A stretch of DNA of 64,000 nt from Fimbriimonadales bacterium (lineage in GTDB: Bacteria; Armatimonadota; Fimbriimonadia; Fimbriimonadales; ATM1), in assembly GCA_051003155.1 (NCBI GenBank), contig JBPCLO010000051.1:1-64000 (forward strand), written 5' to 3'. Positions 1 through 8,880 of this stretch are shown one piece after another (within the stretch, counting starts at the first letter, position 1; each line of letters starts with the position of its first letter). Made by a program: the position numbers and the translations under genes. Under the pieces are notes generated by a model. It was not told the origin of the DNA, made no database searches, and was given only the letters and a program-made list of their open reading frames with translations.

Positions 1-391
1 GATAAGCAGACATGTCTAGCGGCGCCATCAATAAAATGTTGAGCACCGTGCCGTCCGACTTGAGATATGCGATGTCGAGTGGAATCAGCGTGTTTTTCAT
101 CCAGAAGCTGCGGGGTAGTTCGTCCGGAAAAACGAAAATCATCCCCTCATTCGCACCAAGTTGATCGTACTTCACGAACATCAGCCCTTCTGCCTGCTTA
201 TCCTGGTCGTCGGCGACGTAGACGTTGAGTGTCTTCCCTTTCACCGAGATGGCAGTTCTGCCATAGGCGCTCAGTGGAACCTTGCGCTCCATGCTCTGCG
301 GACGCGGTGGAACACCGGGCACCGCCTCGGTCTCCCCTTGGTCGCACGAGGCAAGGCACGCGCATAATGCGATCTCCAAAACGATCTTCAT
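1..391 (-). CDS. DUF192 family lipoprotein (runs off window start)
   Basis: Manual translation MKIVLEIALCACLASC (lipobox)...VADDQDKQAEGLMF...GMIFVFPDELPRSFWMKNTLIPLDIAY matches the DUF192 signature. ATGA overlap with the upstream peptidase stop. Confidence 0.85.
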   Translation of the reverse strand, partial: MKIVLEIALCACLASCDQGETEAVPGVPPRPQSMERKVPLSAYGRTAISVKGKTLNVYVADDQDKQAEGLMFVKYDQLGANEGMIFVFPDELPRSFWMKNTLIPLDIAYLKSDGTVLNILLMAPLDMSAY

Positions 392-1527
392 AGATTCGCC
401 GGCTCCAACACTGACTCGGCGGCTGCCCGGACGAGTCCGATCGCGAGCACCGTTAGTTCGGCCAGGTCCTTCTGGCTCACGCATTCGTCGTGCGTGTGAA
501 TTTTCTGCATGCCGGTACCGCAGACGATGCTCGGGACCCCCTTAGCGTTGAACGCATTGGCATCGCTACCGCCCAAGGTCCACCGCAAGTCTCCCGATAG
601 CCCGATGTTTCGAGCGGCAGTCTGGGCAATCTGCACGACCGGCTGGTCAGCGTCAACTTCATACCCGCCATATGCGCGGCTCAAGTCGATCTCGGCCCTG
701 GCGCCCATCGCAGCCGCCTCGGTTTCGAAACATTCGACCATGTGCGCCGTTTGGGCGTCCAGCTTCACAAGATCGAGGCTCCTTGCTTCGCATTGGAGGA
801 CCGCTTCGGCAGCCACCACGTTCGTAGCGGTTCCGCCGGAAATCGAGCCCACATTGGACGTGGTGACTTCGTCCACCCGACCCACCTCCATCCGAGCGAC
901 CGCACGCGACGCAGCTTGTATAGCATTGATTCCTTCCTCAGGGTGCTTGCCCGCGTGCGCGGGGCGTCCGATAATCTTCGCCGTCAGCTTGTCGTGTGTG
1001 CCGACGAGGTTGACGAACGTCCCCACCGGAGGCCCCGTGTCGAAAACATAGCCGTAGTCCGCCCCCACGGCCTTGATATCGCAAGCGAACGCGCCCTTCA
1101 GCCCGATCTCCTCGGCCACGCAGAGCACCAAGTAAACATCGCCGTGCGGCTGGTCGGTCTCCATGATCGAGTTCACCGCCTCGATCGCCGGCGCCATTCC
1201 GGCTTTGTCGTCGGCACCCAAAATCGTGTCGCTGATGCTGTAGTAGGTCCCGTCTTTCTCCCCGATCTCCAGCCCTGCGGTCGGCTCCACCGTATCGAAG
1301 TGCGCCGAGAGAAAAATCGCGGGTGCTCCAGGCAAACTCCCATTCACCTTCGCGATGAGGTTGTTCGCGTTGCCGCCTAGCTTCGCGCCGGCGTCGTCTT
1401 CCCAAACCTGAAGCCCCATCCGCGACAGGTAATCTTTGGTCCAGGCAACCGATGCTTTTTCTTGGAGCGCGGGGGCGTCGATCATGCAAAGGTCGGTGAA
1501 AAGTTTAAAGAGGCGTTGTTCGTCCAT
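388..1527 (-). CDS. M20 family metallopeptidase (peptidase T-like)
   Basis: Motifs SAHFDTV, LGADDKAG, AEEIGL, GGSDAN and IHTHDE. Confidence 0.9.
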   Translation of the reverse strand: MDEQRLFKLFTDLCMIDAPALQEKASVAWTKDYLSRMGLQVWEDDAGAKLGGNANNLIAKVNGSLPGAPAIFLSAHFDTVEPTAGLEIGEKDGTYYSISDTILGADDKAGMAPAIEAVNSIMETDQPHGDVYLVLCVAEEIGLKGAFACDIKAVGADYGYVFDTGPPVGTFVNLVGTHDKLTAKIIGRPAHAGKHPEEGINAIQAASRAVARMEVGRVDEVTTSNVGSISGGTATNVVAAEAVLQCEARSLDLVKLDAQTAHMVECFETEAAAMGARAEIDLSRAYGGYEVDADQPVVQIAQTAARNIGLSGDLRWTLGGSDANAFNAKGVPSIVCGTGMQKIHTHDECVSQKDLAELTVLAIGLVRAAAESVLEPANL

Positions 1528-1554
1528 CGGCGAAACAGAATATACTCCCAACCT

Positions 1555-2694
1555 ATGCCAAAGGGCGAATACTTACAGTACGGCGGGCAGGCGATTATCG
1601 AAGGGGTTATGATGCGCTCGCCCAAGCATTTTGCGATTGCTTGCCGCGCGCCGAACGGCAAAATCGTCCTCCAGGCCGAGCCGCTCGCGAAGACGTGGAT
1701 CGGCAGGCAGAAGTGGCTGAAGGCGCCGTTCTTGCGCGGTACGCTTGCGCTTCTGGATGCGATGGCGCTCGGCATTCGCGCCATGAATTTCTCCTCGAAC
1801 GTCCAGCTCGATCCGCAATACGAAGCCGATGGAATCAAGCCAAGTATATTAGGCGAAGAACTCGCGGCAAGCGCAACCGCGGGCGTCCCGCCGACACCCG
1901 TCGTGCCCCATGCGACCGAATCGGCCCCGGTGGAGATCGTTACGAACGGCGAACCGCAGCCAGCCGAAATGTCGACCGAAGGCTCGACGATCGTTAGGCC
2001 GCAAGCCAAGGGAGGTGGGTCGCTCATGAAGGCGGCTGTCGTGGGGACGATGATCTTCGGGCTCGGCATGGGCGTACTGCTATTCGTGGCGACTCCCGTG
2101 TGGATCGCCCAGCTGTTCACTAATTTCGGCATCAAGACCACATTCGGACTGAACGTGGTCGAAGGCATCGTCAAAGCCGTGATCTTCATCGGGTACCTGG
2201 CGCTGATCGGGCTGATGAAGGACATCCAGGAGGTCTTCAAGTACCACGGCGCGGAGCACAAGGCGATCAACGCTTTGGAAGCCGAACAGGAGCTGACGCT
2301 CGAAAACGCCCGCGCACAAACACGGCTTCACCCAAGATGCGGCACGAGCTTCGCGATCATCGTGCTCCTCATCTCGATCGTGGCATTTACCCTGCTCCCT
2401 CGCGACTACAACACGGGCAGCACCGCCCTCGACTTGCTCGTTCGCATCGGCTTGAAATTGATGATTCTGCCGCTGATCGCCGGAATCAGCTACGAGGCGA
2501 TCCGCTTCGCCGGTAAGTTCAGGAGCGAAAAGTGGGTCATGGCGCTGTTTTGGCCGGGCCTGAAGAGCCAGCTGCTAACCACCCGCGAGCCCGAGGACAA
2601 GCACTTGGAAGTAGCGCTGGTCGCATTGAAGTCGGTCCTGCAGCAGGAGGACGCCACCAAGAAGGTGGCCGAGCCCGAGTCCGTGTTAGCGTAG
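1555..2694 (+). CDS. DUF1385 domain membrane protein
   Basis: Motifs YGGQAIIEGVMMR, YHGAEHK, RLHPRCGTSF and LTTREP; several TM segments. Confidence 0.9.
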   Translation: MPKGEYLQYGGQAIIEGVMMRSPKHFAIACRAPNGKIVLQAEPLAKTWIGRQKWLKAPFLRGTLALLDAMALGIRAMNFSSNVQLDPQYEADGIKPSILGEELAASATAGVPPTPVVPHATESAPVEIVTNGEPQPAEMSTEGSTIVRPQAKGGGSLMKAAVVGTMIFGLGMGVLLFVATPVWIAQLFTNFGIKTTFGLNVVEGIVKAVIFIGYLALIGLMKDIQEVFKYHGAEHKAINALEAEQELTLENARAQTRLHPRCGTSFAIIVLLISIVAFTLLPRDYNTGSTALDLLVRIGLKLMILPLIAGISYEAIRFAGKFRSEKWVMALFWPGLKSQLLTTREPEDKHLEVALVALKSVLQQEDATKKVAEPESVLA

Positions 2695-2746
2695 TTCACA
2701 CGAGGCCGGACCCCGCACGGTAGTACAATGTTTTCGTAATACGGAT

Positions 2747-3613
2747 ATGTCTGAGGCCAATTGGAGGGAGATGAAGTACTACGTGCCGCTCCTGGCAGCG
2801 CTCAAGCGGCTCGGTGGCTCCGGCCGGACGGCAGAGGTGGTAGAAGCGGTGATTCAGGATATGGGGATTCCGGAGGAGGAATTGGCGAAGACTCATAAGC
2901 GGTCCGGCGATCGGATAGTAAGAAATGACATTCAGTGGGCGAGAAACGCTTTGAGGGAAGCCGGATTTATCGATGGAACGGAGAGGGGCGTTTGGAGATT
3001 GACGCAAAAAACCTATGAGCGCGATTGGGACGAAGCGGCTATCAATCCCATTGTCGTCGCTGCGGTTCGCCAGGCTTGGGAGCGTCAGCGCGCGCAGAGG
3101 GCTGCTTCAGCAGATGAGGTGTCGGAAGCGCTTCCCGAAAACGCCGAGGGTGACAGCCCCGAATCGCTTTTAGAGGTCATGCGTGCGCTTCCGCCTGCCG
3201 GTTTCGAGCGATTGTGCCAAAGGGTCTTGCGCGAAGCTGGATTCAGCAAGGTGGAAGTCACGGGGCGCTCGGGCGACGGTGGCATCGACGGGCATGGAGT
3301 CTTGGAGATTAACATGCTCGTAAACGAGCGCGTGATTTTTCAGTGCAAACGATATGCCGCTGGCCAATCGGTCGGTCCCGGGGAGATACGCAACTTTCGA
3401 GGCTCTATGACAGGACGCACGTCCAAGGGGATACTTTTGACGACGGGCAGGTTCACGCGGGAAGCGGAAAGCGAAGCCAACCGCGACGGCGCACCGCCGA
3501 TAGAATTATTGGACGGCGAGAAGCTGGTCGAGTTGATGGAGCAGTTGGGCTTGGGAGTTAAGCCGAGAACGGTTTATGACGTCGACAGCGACTTTTTCGC
3601 GGCGTATCGGTGA
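2747..3613 (+). CDS. mrr: Mrr family (type IV) restriction endonuclease
   Basis: N-terminal Mrr_N-like region (LKRLGGSG...WARNALREAGFI...RGVWRLT) and catalytic region FERL...SGDGGIDG...QCKRY...GILLTTGRFT...IELLDG. Confidence 0.9.
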   Translation: MSEANWREMKYYVPLLAALKRLGGSGRTAEVVEAVIQDMGIPEEELAKTHKRSGDRIVRNDIQWARNALREAGFIDGTERGVWRLTQKTYERDWDEAAINPIVVAAVRQAWERQRAQRAASADEVSEALPENAEGDSPESLLEVMRALPPAGFERLCQRVLREAGFSKVEVTGRSGDGGIDGHGVLEINMLVNERVIFQCKRYAAGQSVGPGEIRNFRGSMTGRTSKGILLTTGRFTREAESEANRDGAPPIELLDGEKLVELMEQLGLGVKPRTVYDVDSDFFAAYR

Positions 3614-3704
3614 GTACTGTGAGCGCCATAAGGCTGCGGGCCCGCTGATCCCTGAGTCGGTCCCCAAGAAAGCCAACCGATGCGAAAGCTCGGCCAGTCA
3701 TGGC

Positions 3705-4355
3705 CTAATCGCTTTCTGTCGCCGGCCGAGGCTTCTTGACCCGTCGGCGGAGGAGTTCAATCGCCGCCGGGATCACACTAACGGCAATTATTGAGAGGAT
3801 TGCCAGCGTGAAGTTATCTCGCACTGCCGGGATCTGGCCGAAGAAGTAGCCCGCGAACACGCAGATTCCCACCCATAGGATCGAGCCGAACACGCTGTAG
3901 CCGATGAACTTCCGGTACGGCATCGCCCCGAGCCCCGCGACGAACGGCGCGAACGTGCGCACGATCGGCACGAAGCGCGCGAAGATCACCGTGTTCGCTC
4001 CGTACTTCTCGAAGAACTCGTGCGTCCGGTCGAGGTTCTCTTTCTTGAAAAACCGCGCCTTTCCGTTCTTGAATAGCTTGGGCCCGAGGAACTTCCCGAT
4101 GAAGTAGTTGGTCGAATCGCCGAGAACCGCCGCCGCGACGAGCACAAAGAACAGGATGAAAGGATTCAGCCCGTCCTCCGCCCGGTGCGAGAACATTCCG
4201 GCCGCGAACAGAAGCGAATCCCCGGGCAGGAACGGCGCGATAACGAGGCCCGTCTCCGCGAAGATCACGCCGAAGAGAATCAAATAGGTCCACGCCTTGT
4301 AAGTGCTGAGGATCGTGTCGAGCGATTGGTCGATGTGCAGAAAGAAGTCGATCAT
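3705..4355 (-). CDS. DedA/VTT domain membrane protein
   Basis: Motifs FAETGLVIAPFLPGDSLLF and ARFVPIVRTFAPFVAG. Confidence 0.92.
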   Translation of the reverse strand: MIDFFLHIDQSLDTILSTYKAWTYLILFGVIFAETGLVIAPFLPGDSLLFAAGMFSHRAEDGLNPFILFFVLVAAAVLGDSTNYFIGKFLGPKLFKNGKARFFKKENLDRTHEFFEKYGANTVIFARFVPIVRTFAPFVAGLGAMPYRKFIGYSVFGSILWVGICVFAGYFFGQIPAVRDNFTLAILSIIAVSVIPAAIELLRRRVKKPRPATESD

Positions 4356-4403
4356 CTGATACGCCCTTCATTGTGACACCCCGCGGTTCGTATACTTTGG
4401 TTA

Positions 4404-4682
4404 GTGTTCTCCGAGCGCATCACCGTGGTTGGTCGCGTGCAGGGCGTTGGCTTCCGAGCCCACGTGGTCAGGGCGGCGGGCGCGTACCGCGTCACAGGGA
4501 GCGTTCGTAATCTTCCTGCCGCCGGAGTCGAGATCATCGCACAACATCCAGACGGACATGTGTTGTACGAAGGATTCCTTCGACAGGTGGCGGAGGGTCC
4601 AGGCAAAGTCGACCTTCTTTGGTGCCAAGGCTTCAAGGGCGAGGTTTTCGAGGCCTTCCAAATAGCTTATGGCCCGCCGTAG
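4404..4682 (+). CDS. acyP: acylphosphatase
   Basis: GRVQGVGFR and GSVRN motifs; 92 aa. Confidence 0.85.
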   Translation: MFSERITVVGRVQGVGFRAHVVRAAGAYRVTGSVRNLPAAGVEIIAQHPDGHVLYEGFLRQVAEGPGKVDLLWCQGFKGEVFEAFQIAYGPP

Positions 4683-4700
4683 CGGTATCATTCGCAGGTC

Positions 4701-5816
4701 ATGGTTCCTGTCTTCAACGAAGAAGAGAAGAAGTTCCTCGCTGACGTCGAACGCTTTGTCGACGAGTGCGTTCTCCCGAACACCCGCGAGTGGGAGAAAG
4801 ACACCTTCCCGCCCGACATTTGGAAGCAGACCGCCAAGCTCGGCATCACAAGTTGCGTCCTAAGGAAGGAGCTCGGGGGCAGAGGATATTCCTGCGCCAC
4901 CTACGCCGACATGTGCCGCCTCATCGCGAGAGGAGACCCGGCGCTTGCGATGAACGTGGCTGCCATCAACGCCCTGTGCGTCGCCCACTTCGAGCATTTC
5001 GCCAACGACGAGCAGCGCGAGAAGTACCTTCCGGGGGTCCTCTCCGGCGACATCCCGCTCTCTTGGGGCCTAACCGAGCCCGATGCCGGCTCCGATGCGC
5101 GACGTGTGAAATCCTGCGCCACACCCATCGAGGACAAGCCGGGTTTTTATCGGCTCAACGGCCAAAAGATGTTCATCACGAATGGCGGGTTCGCCAAGCT
5201 GTTCATAATCATCGCCCGCGTCAGCGACACCGAGCTAAGCGCCTTTCTCATGGAGAAGGACCAGCCCGGCTTCGAGGACCTCGGACGCATCCCCACGACC
5301 GGCGTCTCTGCGTCCTACACGCTGAAATTCAACATGAACGACTGCATCGGCTGGCACACCCCGGGCACGTTCGAGCAGGTGATCGGCTTGCTCTACCAGG
5401 GACGCGTGGGTATCGGCGGCATGGCGCTCGGCATCGCCGAGAAGGCGCTGGAGCTCGGCATCGAATACAGCAAGCAGCGCGAGCAGTTCGGCATGACGCT
5501 CTCGCGGATGCAGTCGGTGCAGAACATGATCGCGGATTCGGCGATGCAGGTCGAAGCGGCCCGGCTGCTCGTGCACAAGGCGGCGTGGATGCACGACCAG
5601 GGCATGCCGATCGTGAAGGAGGCGTCCTACGCCAAGCTCTTCGCCAGCGAGACCGCCCGTGACACGACGAACCGCATGCTCCAAATCCACGGCGGCCGCG
5701 GCATGACGTTCGACTATCTGATCGAGAAGCTCTGGCGCGACGCCAAGCTCACCGAAATCGGCGAAGGTGCCAGCGAAATCCAACGCCTCGTGATCGCCAA
5801 GGCACTGCTGAAGTGA
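4701..5816 (+). CDS. acyl-CoA dehydrogenase
   Basis: Motifs LTEPDAGSDA, NGQKMFITNG, QREQFG, QIHGGRG and EIGEGASEIQRLVIA. Confidence 0.93.
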   Translation: MVPVFNEEEKKFLADVERFVDECVLPNTREWEKDTFPPDIWKQTAKLGITSCVLRKELGGRGYSCATYADMCRLIARGDPALAMNVAAINALCVAHFEHFANDEQREKYLPGVLSGDIPLSWGLTEPDAGSDARRVKSCATPIEDKPGFYRLNGQKMFITNGGFAKLFIIIARVSDTELSAFLMEKDQPGFEDLGRIPTTGVSASYTLKFNMNDCIGWHTPGTFEQVIGLLYQGRVGIGGMALGIAEKALELGIEYSKQREQFGMTLSRMQSVQNMIADSAMQVEAARLLVHKAAWMHDQGMPIVKEASYAKLFASETARDTTNRMLQIHGGRGMTFDYLIEKLWRDAKLTEIGEGASEIQRLVIAKALLK

Positions 5817-5823
5817 AGGAGTG

Positions 5824-5844
5824 GAGACTGAAGACTGGAGACGG
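5824..5844. repeat. short tandem 7-mer repeat (GAGACTG-like) x3
   Basis: gagactg aagactg gagacgg just after the ACAD stop; same unit as 57707-57748. Confidence 0.6.
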
Positions 5845-5849
5845 CGAAT

Positions 5850-6149
5850 ATGGATGAAGAAAAGCGAACGGCCGCCATCCGGAGAGCGAAACGTCTCGGA
5901 AAGACTTTCGCCTTGTACGCCGCCGACAACTATGATCGGTTGCCCGCCAAGGACGCGGACTTGCAGGACTTGCTCGGGCCGTACTTGATGAACAGGGACG
6001 AACTGCAGGACTTCGACTACACCTTCGAGGGCGGCTCCGTGGCGGAAGTCCCCGCGACCCGAGAACTCGGCTTCACCGACGATCCCGGCGGGCGCATAAT
6101 TGTGACCTTCGCTGAGGGTGAAGACTTTGATCTCCTATCTTTGCCATAG
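5850..6149 (+). CDS. small hypothetical protein, paralog of the C-terminal domain of 6564-7892
   Basis: LYAADNYDRLPAKDADL..GPYL..FDYTFEGGS..ELGF..PGGR aligns with LMYAGDNDDMLPGKGADL..GPYL..FTYTFAGGS..ELGF..PGGR. Confidence 0.7.
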   Translation: MDEEKRTAAIRRAKRLGKTFALYAADNYDRLPAKDADLQDLLGPYLMNRDELQDFDYTFEGGSVAEVPATRELGFTDDPGGRIIVTFAEGEDFDLLSLP

Positions 6150-6563
6150 AGGGCGTGTCGCAGGCAGGCGCCTCGCTTGCGCGCCTCTAAGAAAAGCCTC
6201 CGCAGGCCGAAGAACGATGTCCGCACCTTTAAGAAGACCCTCCGCAACGACTGCGGAAGCTCTTCTTCGCACCGCGGAGGCTCTTCCTTGCATTGCGGAA
6301 GGCCGTCTTCACTCTTCGACGATCTTTCTCGCAACTTTGAAGCGCAAATCTCAAGCGGTGCCTGAGTTTGGCCTAGTAGGCGCTTCGACACCGGAATACA
6401 TTGGTTTATCTCAGGTTCGAACGGGAGACTGCCTTTCATCGACGAAGAGAGCTTCCACGGCGAAAACCCTGAGAATGGGCCGCGGCAACCGGCGCGACGC
6501 TGGTCTTGTCAGCCCATTCTCAGGAGCACCCGCGTCATAACTTCGAAAAACCCGTCTTGTATA

Positions 6564-7892
6564 ATGAAGGCAGGCGCGATGAAACTCCTTAACTCGCTTG
6601 GGCTCCTTCTGATCGGCATCACGTCGCCGGCGCAGTTCGCTAAAGACACTCTCGTCGGCAGGGACGAAGTTTTCATCATGCGGCCGCCCGAGTACGTCGC
6701 GGGGCCGACCGTGCGGCATGCCAACTGGTCGCCCGATGGAAGATACCTGCTGCTCTCCGGCTACGACACTACTTTGCCTCGGAACAAGCTTGACGCAGCC
6801 GCAAAGCGGGGTCGCGGCGCTCCGTCGGAGGAGTCGATCTGGCTTTGGAGCACTAAGACCCACAAGACCGAGAGGCTCTGGTCCGGGGTCGGTGGGGCAT
6901 CTGCCGCCGTATGGCTCCACAAGTCGGACACGGCCCTCATCGTTGCGACCGAAGAATCCCAGGGCGTTCAAACGGATGTCCTCATGCGAATCACGGCATC
7001 GACGGGCAAGATCGTATACGTCACCCGCCAAGCCCAGAATAGCGTCAGCGTTCAGGCGTCCCCAAAGGAACCGATCGCTTACATTGACCTGCGTGATCAA
7101 GACTTTCTGAAGGGCTCAACGTTGCATCGCGTCGGCCCGGAAGGGCCATTCGGCCCACCCATTAAACTTCCGCCCGAACTCCGTACCGTAGGCATGATGT
7201 GGGCTGAAGGAGGCGTCCCCGTCGTCGTCGGGGCTGTGAAGCCCGAGGGCGGCCGATGGCAGAAGCACTATTTTGCATTGGACCCCAATACCGGCAAGAT
7301 GACGGCATTGCAGGAACGGCCGAACGTGCCTCTTCCACCCGTGCCAGTTAGTCCGCTCATCATCGCCGAGGATCGGCAAACGCTTCCCAAGGGAACCGCG
7401 CGTGCAGAAGTCCGTCCAGCATGGCTAACGATCAAGGACGCGCCGAATGAAGCCGCCTTGGTGGCGGCAGACCTCTCGGAAGTCTATGCCGATGCTTGCC
7501 AGGTAGCCCCGAGTTCCGAGACCGTCTTCTACATCTCCGGCGGGATGTGCTTCATCCGCCCGATTATCCGGATGTCGCGCGCAGAATACGACAAGGGAAT
7601 GGAATCTGCAAAACGAACCGAGTCTATGGCAAAGGCGAACCAAGTCGCAAAGGCGCTTCTCATGTACGCCGGAGACAACGATGACATGCTGCCGGGCAAG
7701 GGCGCGGACTTGGAATCCATCATCGGCCCCTACTTGCCGGAGGCGAACTTTCTTGATGGATTCACGTACACTTTCGCCGGAGGCTCCCTCGCGGGACTAA
7801 ACCTTGCTACAACCGAACTCGGTTTCATGAGCGGCCCCGGAGGCCGTGCGGTCACCCACGCCGACGGCCACACGGTCTGGATTCCCAACTGA
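6564..7892 (+). CDS. exported protein with TolB/beta-propeller-like N-terminus and DUF1559/H-X9-DG-like C-terminal domain
   Basis: Signal peptide; WSPDGRYL propeller motif; C-terminal NQVAKALLMYAGDNDDMLP...HADGH. Confidence 0.7.
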   Translation: MKAGAMKLLNSLGLLLIGITSPAQFAKDTLVGRDEVFIMRPPEYVAGPTVRHANWSPDGRYLLLSGYDTTLPRNKLDAAAKRGRGAPSEESIWLWSTKTHKTERLWSGVGGASAAVWLHKSDTALIVATEESQGVQTDVLMRITASTGKIVYVTRQAQNSVSVQASPKEPIAYIDLRDQDFLKGSTLHRVGPEGPFGPPIKLPPELRTVGMMWAEGGVPVVVGAVKPEGGRWQKHYFALDPNTGKMTALQERPNVPLPPVPVSPLIIAEDRQTLPKGTARAEVRPAWLTIKDAPNEAALVAADLSEVYADACQVAPSSETVFYISGGMCFIRPIIRMSRAEYDKGMESAKRTESMAKANQVAKALLMYAGDNDDMLPGKGADLESIIGPYLPEANFLDGFTYTFAGGSLAGLNLATTELGFMSGPGGRAVTHADGHTVWIPN

Positions 7893-7900
7893 AAAACTGC

Positions 7901-7993
7901 TGGCGGAGCGGGTGGGATTCGAACCCACGACTCGGCTTATAACCGAGTACGCGATTTCCAGTCGCGCTCCTTCGACCACTCGGACACCGCTCC
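7901..7993 (-). tRNA. tRNA-Ser(GGA)
   Basis: GGAGCGGTGTCCGAGTGGTCGAAGGAGCGCGACTGGAAATCGCG, long variable arm, GGTTCGAATCCCACCCGCTCCGCCA. Confidence 0.95.
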
Positions 7994-8022
7994 AGCAAGC
8001 TGATATTATGGCCACTCCCAAA

Positions 8023-8871
8023 TCAGCTGCGCGCGCCCCAAAGGAGGCGCTCGCGCAGCTTCCGCAGAAAGTCTGCGCGATCCACTTGGACAAGCTTCGT
8101 TACTTTTTCCGATCGCGTCACAACGACCGCGTCCCCGGTCAGCAAGTTCAGCCTCCATTGGCCGTCCGCGGACAGCACGGCGTCACCTTGCACCTGTACT
8201 GTGAGCTCGACACGGCTGTCGGGCGACAGCACCAAAGGCCGCGCGGCCAATGTGTGCGGCGTGATCGGCGTCAAAACCATCGCTCTAACCCTTGGGTCGA
8301 CGATGGGGCCTCCCGCGCTTAGGCTGTAGGCAGTGGAGCCCGTGGGGGTCGCCACCAGAACACCGTCAGCCGGATACGAGGTGATGTGGTGGTAGTCGAT
8401 CGCAATGCCGAAGAACATCATCCGCGTTGCGATCGAACGTTGCACAGCAACCTCGTTCAAGGCATGCAGTGTCGCGACGACTTTGGCTCCGCGGACCAAC
8501 TCGCCCTTGAGCATCATTCGCTCGTCAAAGACGCTCTCGCCGTCCAAGAACTGCTTGATCGCGTTCCGAACTTCTTTCGGCTCGCACTGCGTCACGAAAC
8601 CGAACCTTCCGAAATACACCCCGAGAATCGGGGCGCAGGAATCCGCGCAGTACGAGGCCGCGTGAATGAGCGTGCCGTCGCCACCGAATGTTACGACGAG
8701 GTCGCAGTGCCCGAACTCCGCAGGGGGCACTGACGGCATGTCGTGCACGGCGGCGGAATCGGCGTCGAATGCAACATCAACAGACAGCTCTGACAACCAT
8801 CGAGCGGTTGCCAGAGCTGCTTCGACCGCGTCTTCACGCCCAAGATTTACCAGGAAGTGAAGCTTGGGCAC
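8023..8871 (-). CDS. nadK: NAD(+) kinase
   Basis: Motifs FGGDGTL, ALNE and DGVLVATPTGSTAYSLSAGGP. Confidence 0.95.
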   Translation of the reverse strand: MPKLHFLVNLGREDAVEAALATARWLSELSVDVAFDADSAAVHDMPSVPPAEFGHCDLVVTFGGDGTLIHAASYCADSCAPILGVYFGRFGFVTQCEPKEVRNAIKQFLDGESVFDERMMLKGELVRGAKVVATLHALNEVAVQRSIATRMMFFGIAIDYHHITSYPADGVLVATPTGSTAYSLSAGGPIVDPRVRAMVLTPITPHTLAARPLVLSPDSRVELTVQVQGDAVLSADGQWRLNLLTGDAVVVTRSEKVTKLVQVDRADFLRKLRERLLWGARS

Positions 8872-8880
8872 TGCCTTATG

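Noticed and set aside
6150..6540. ORFs 6017-6439(-) and 6118-6540(+) and a weak 21-bp periodicity near 6254-6320
   Set aside because: No recognisable motifs or RBS; the repeat is too short and degenerate to support a call.
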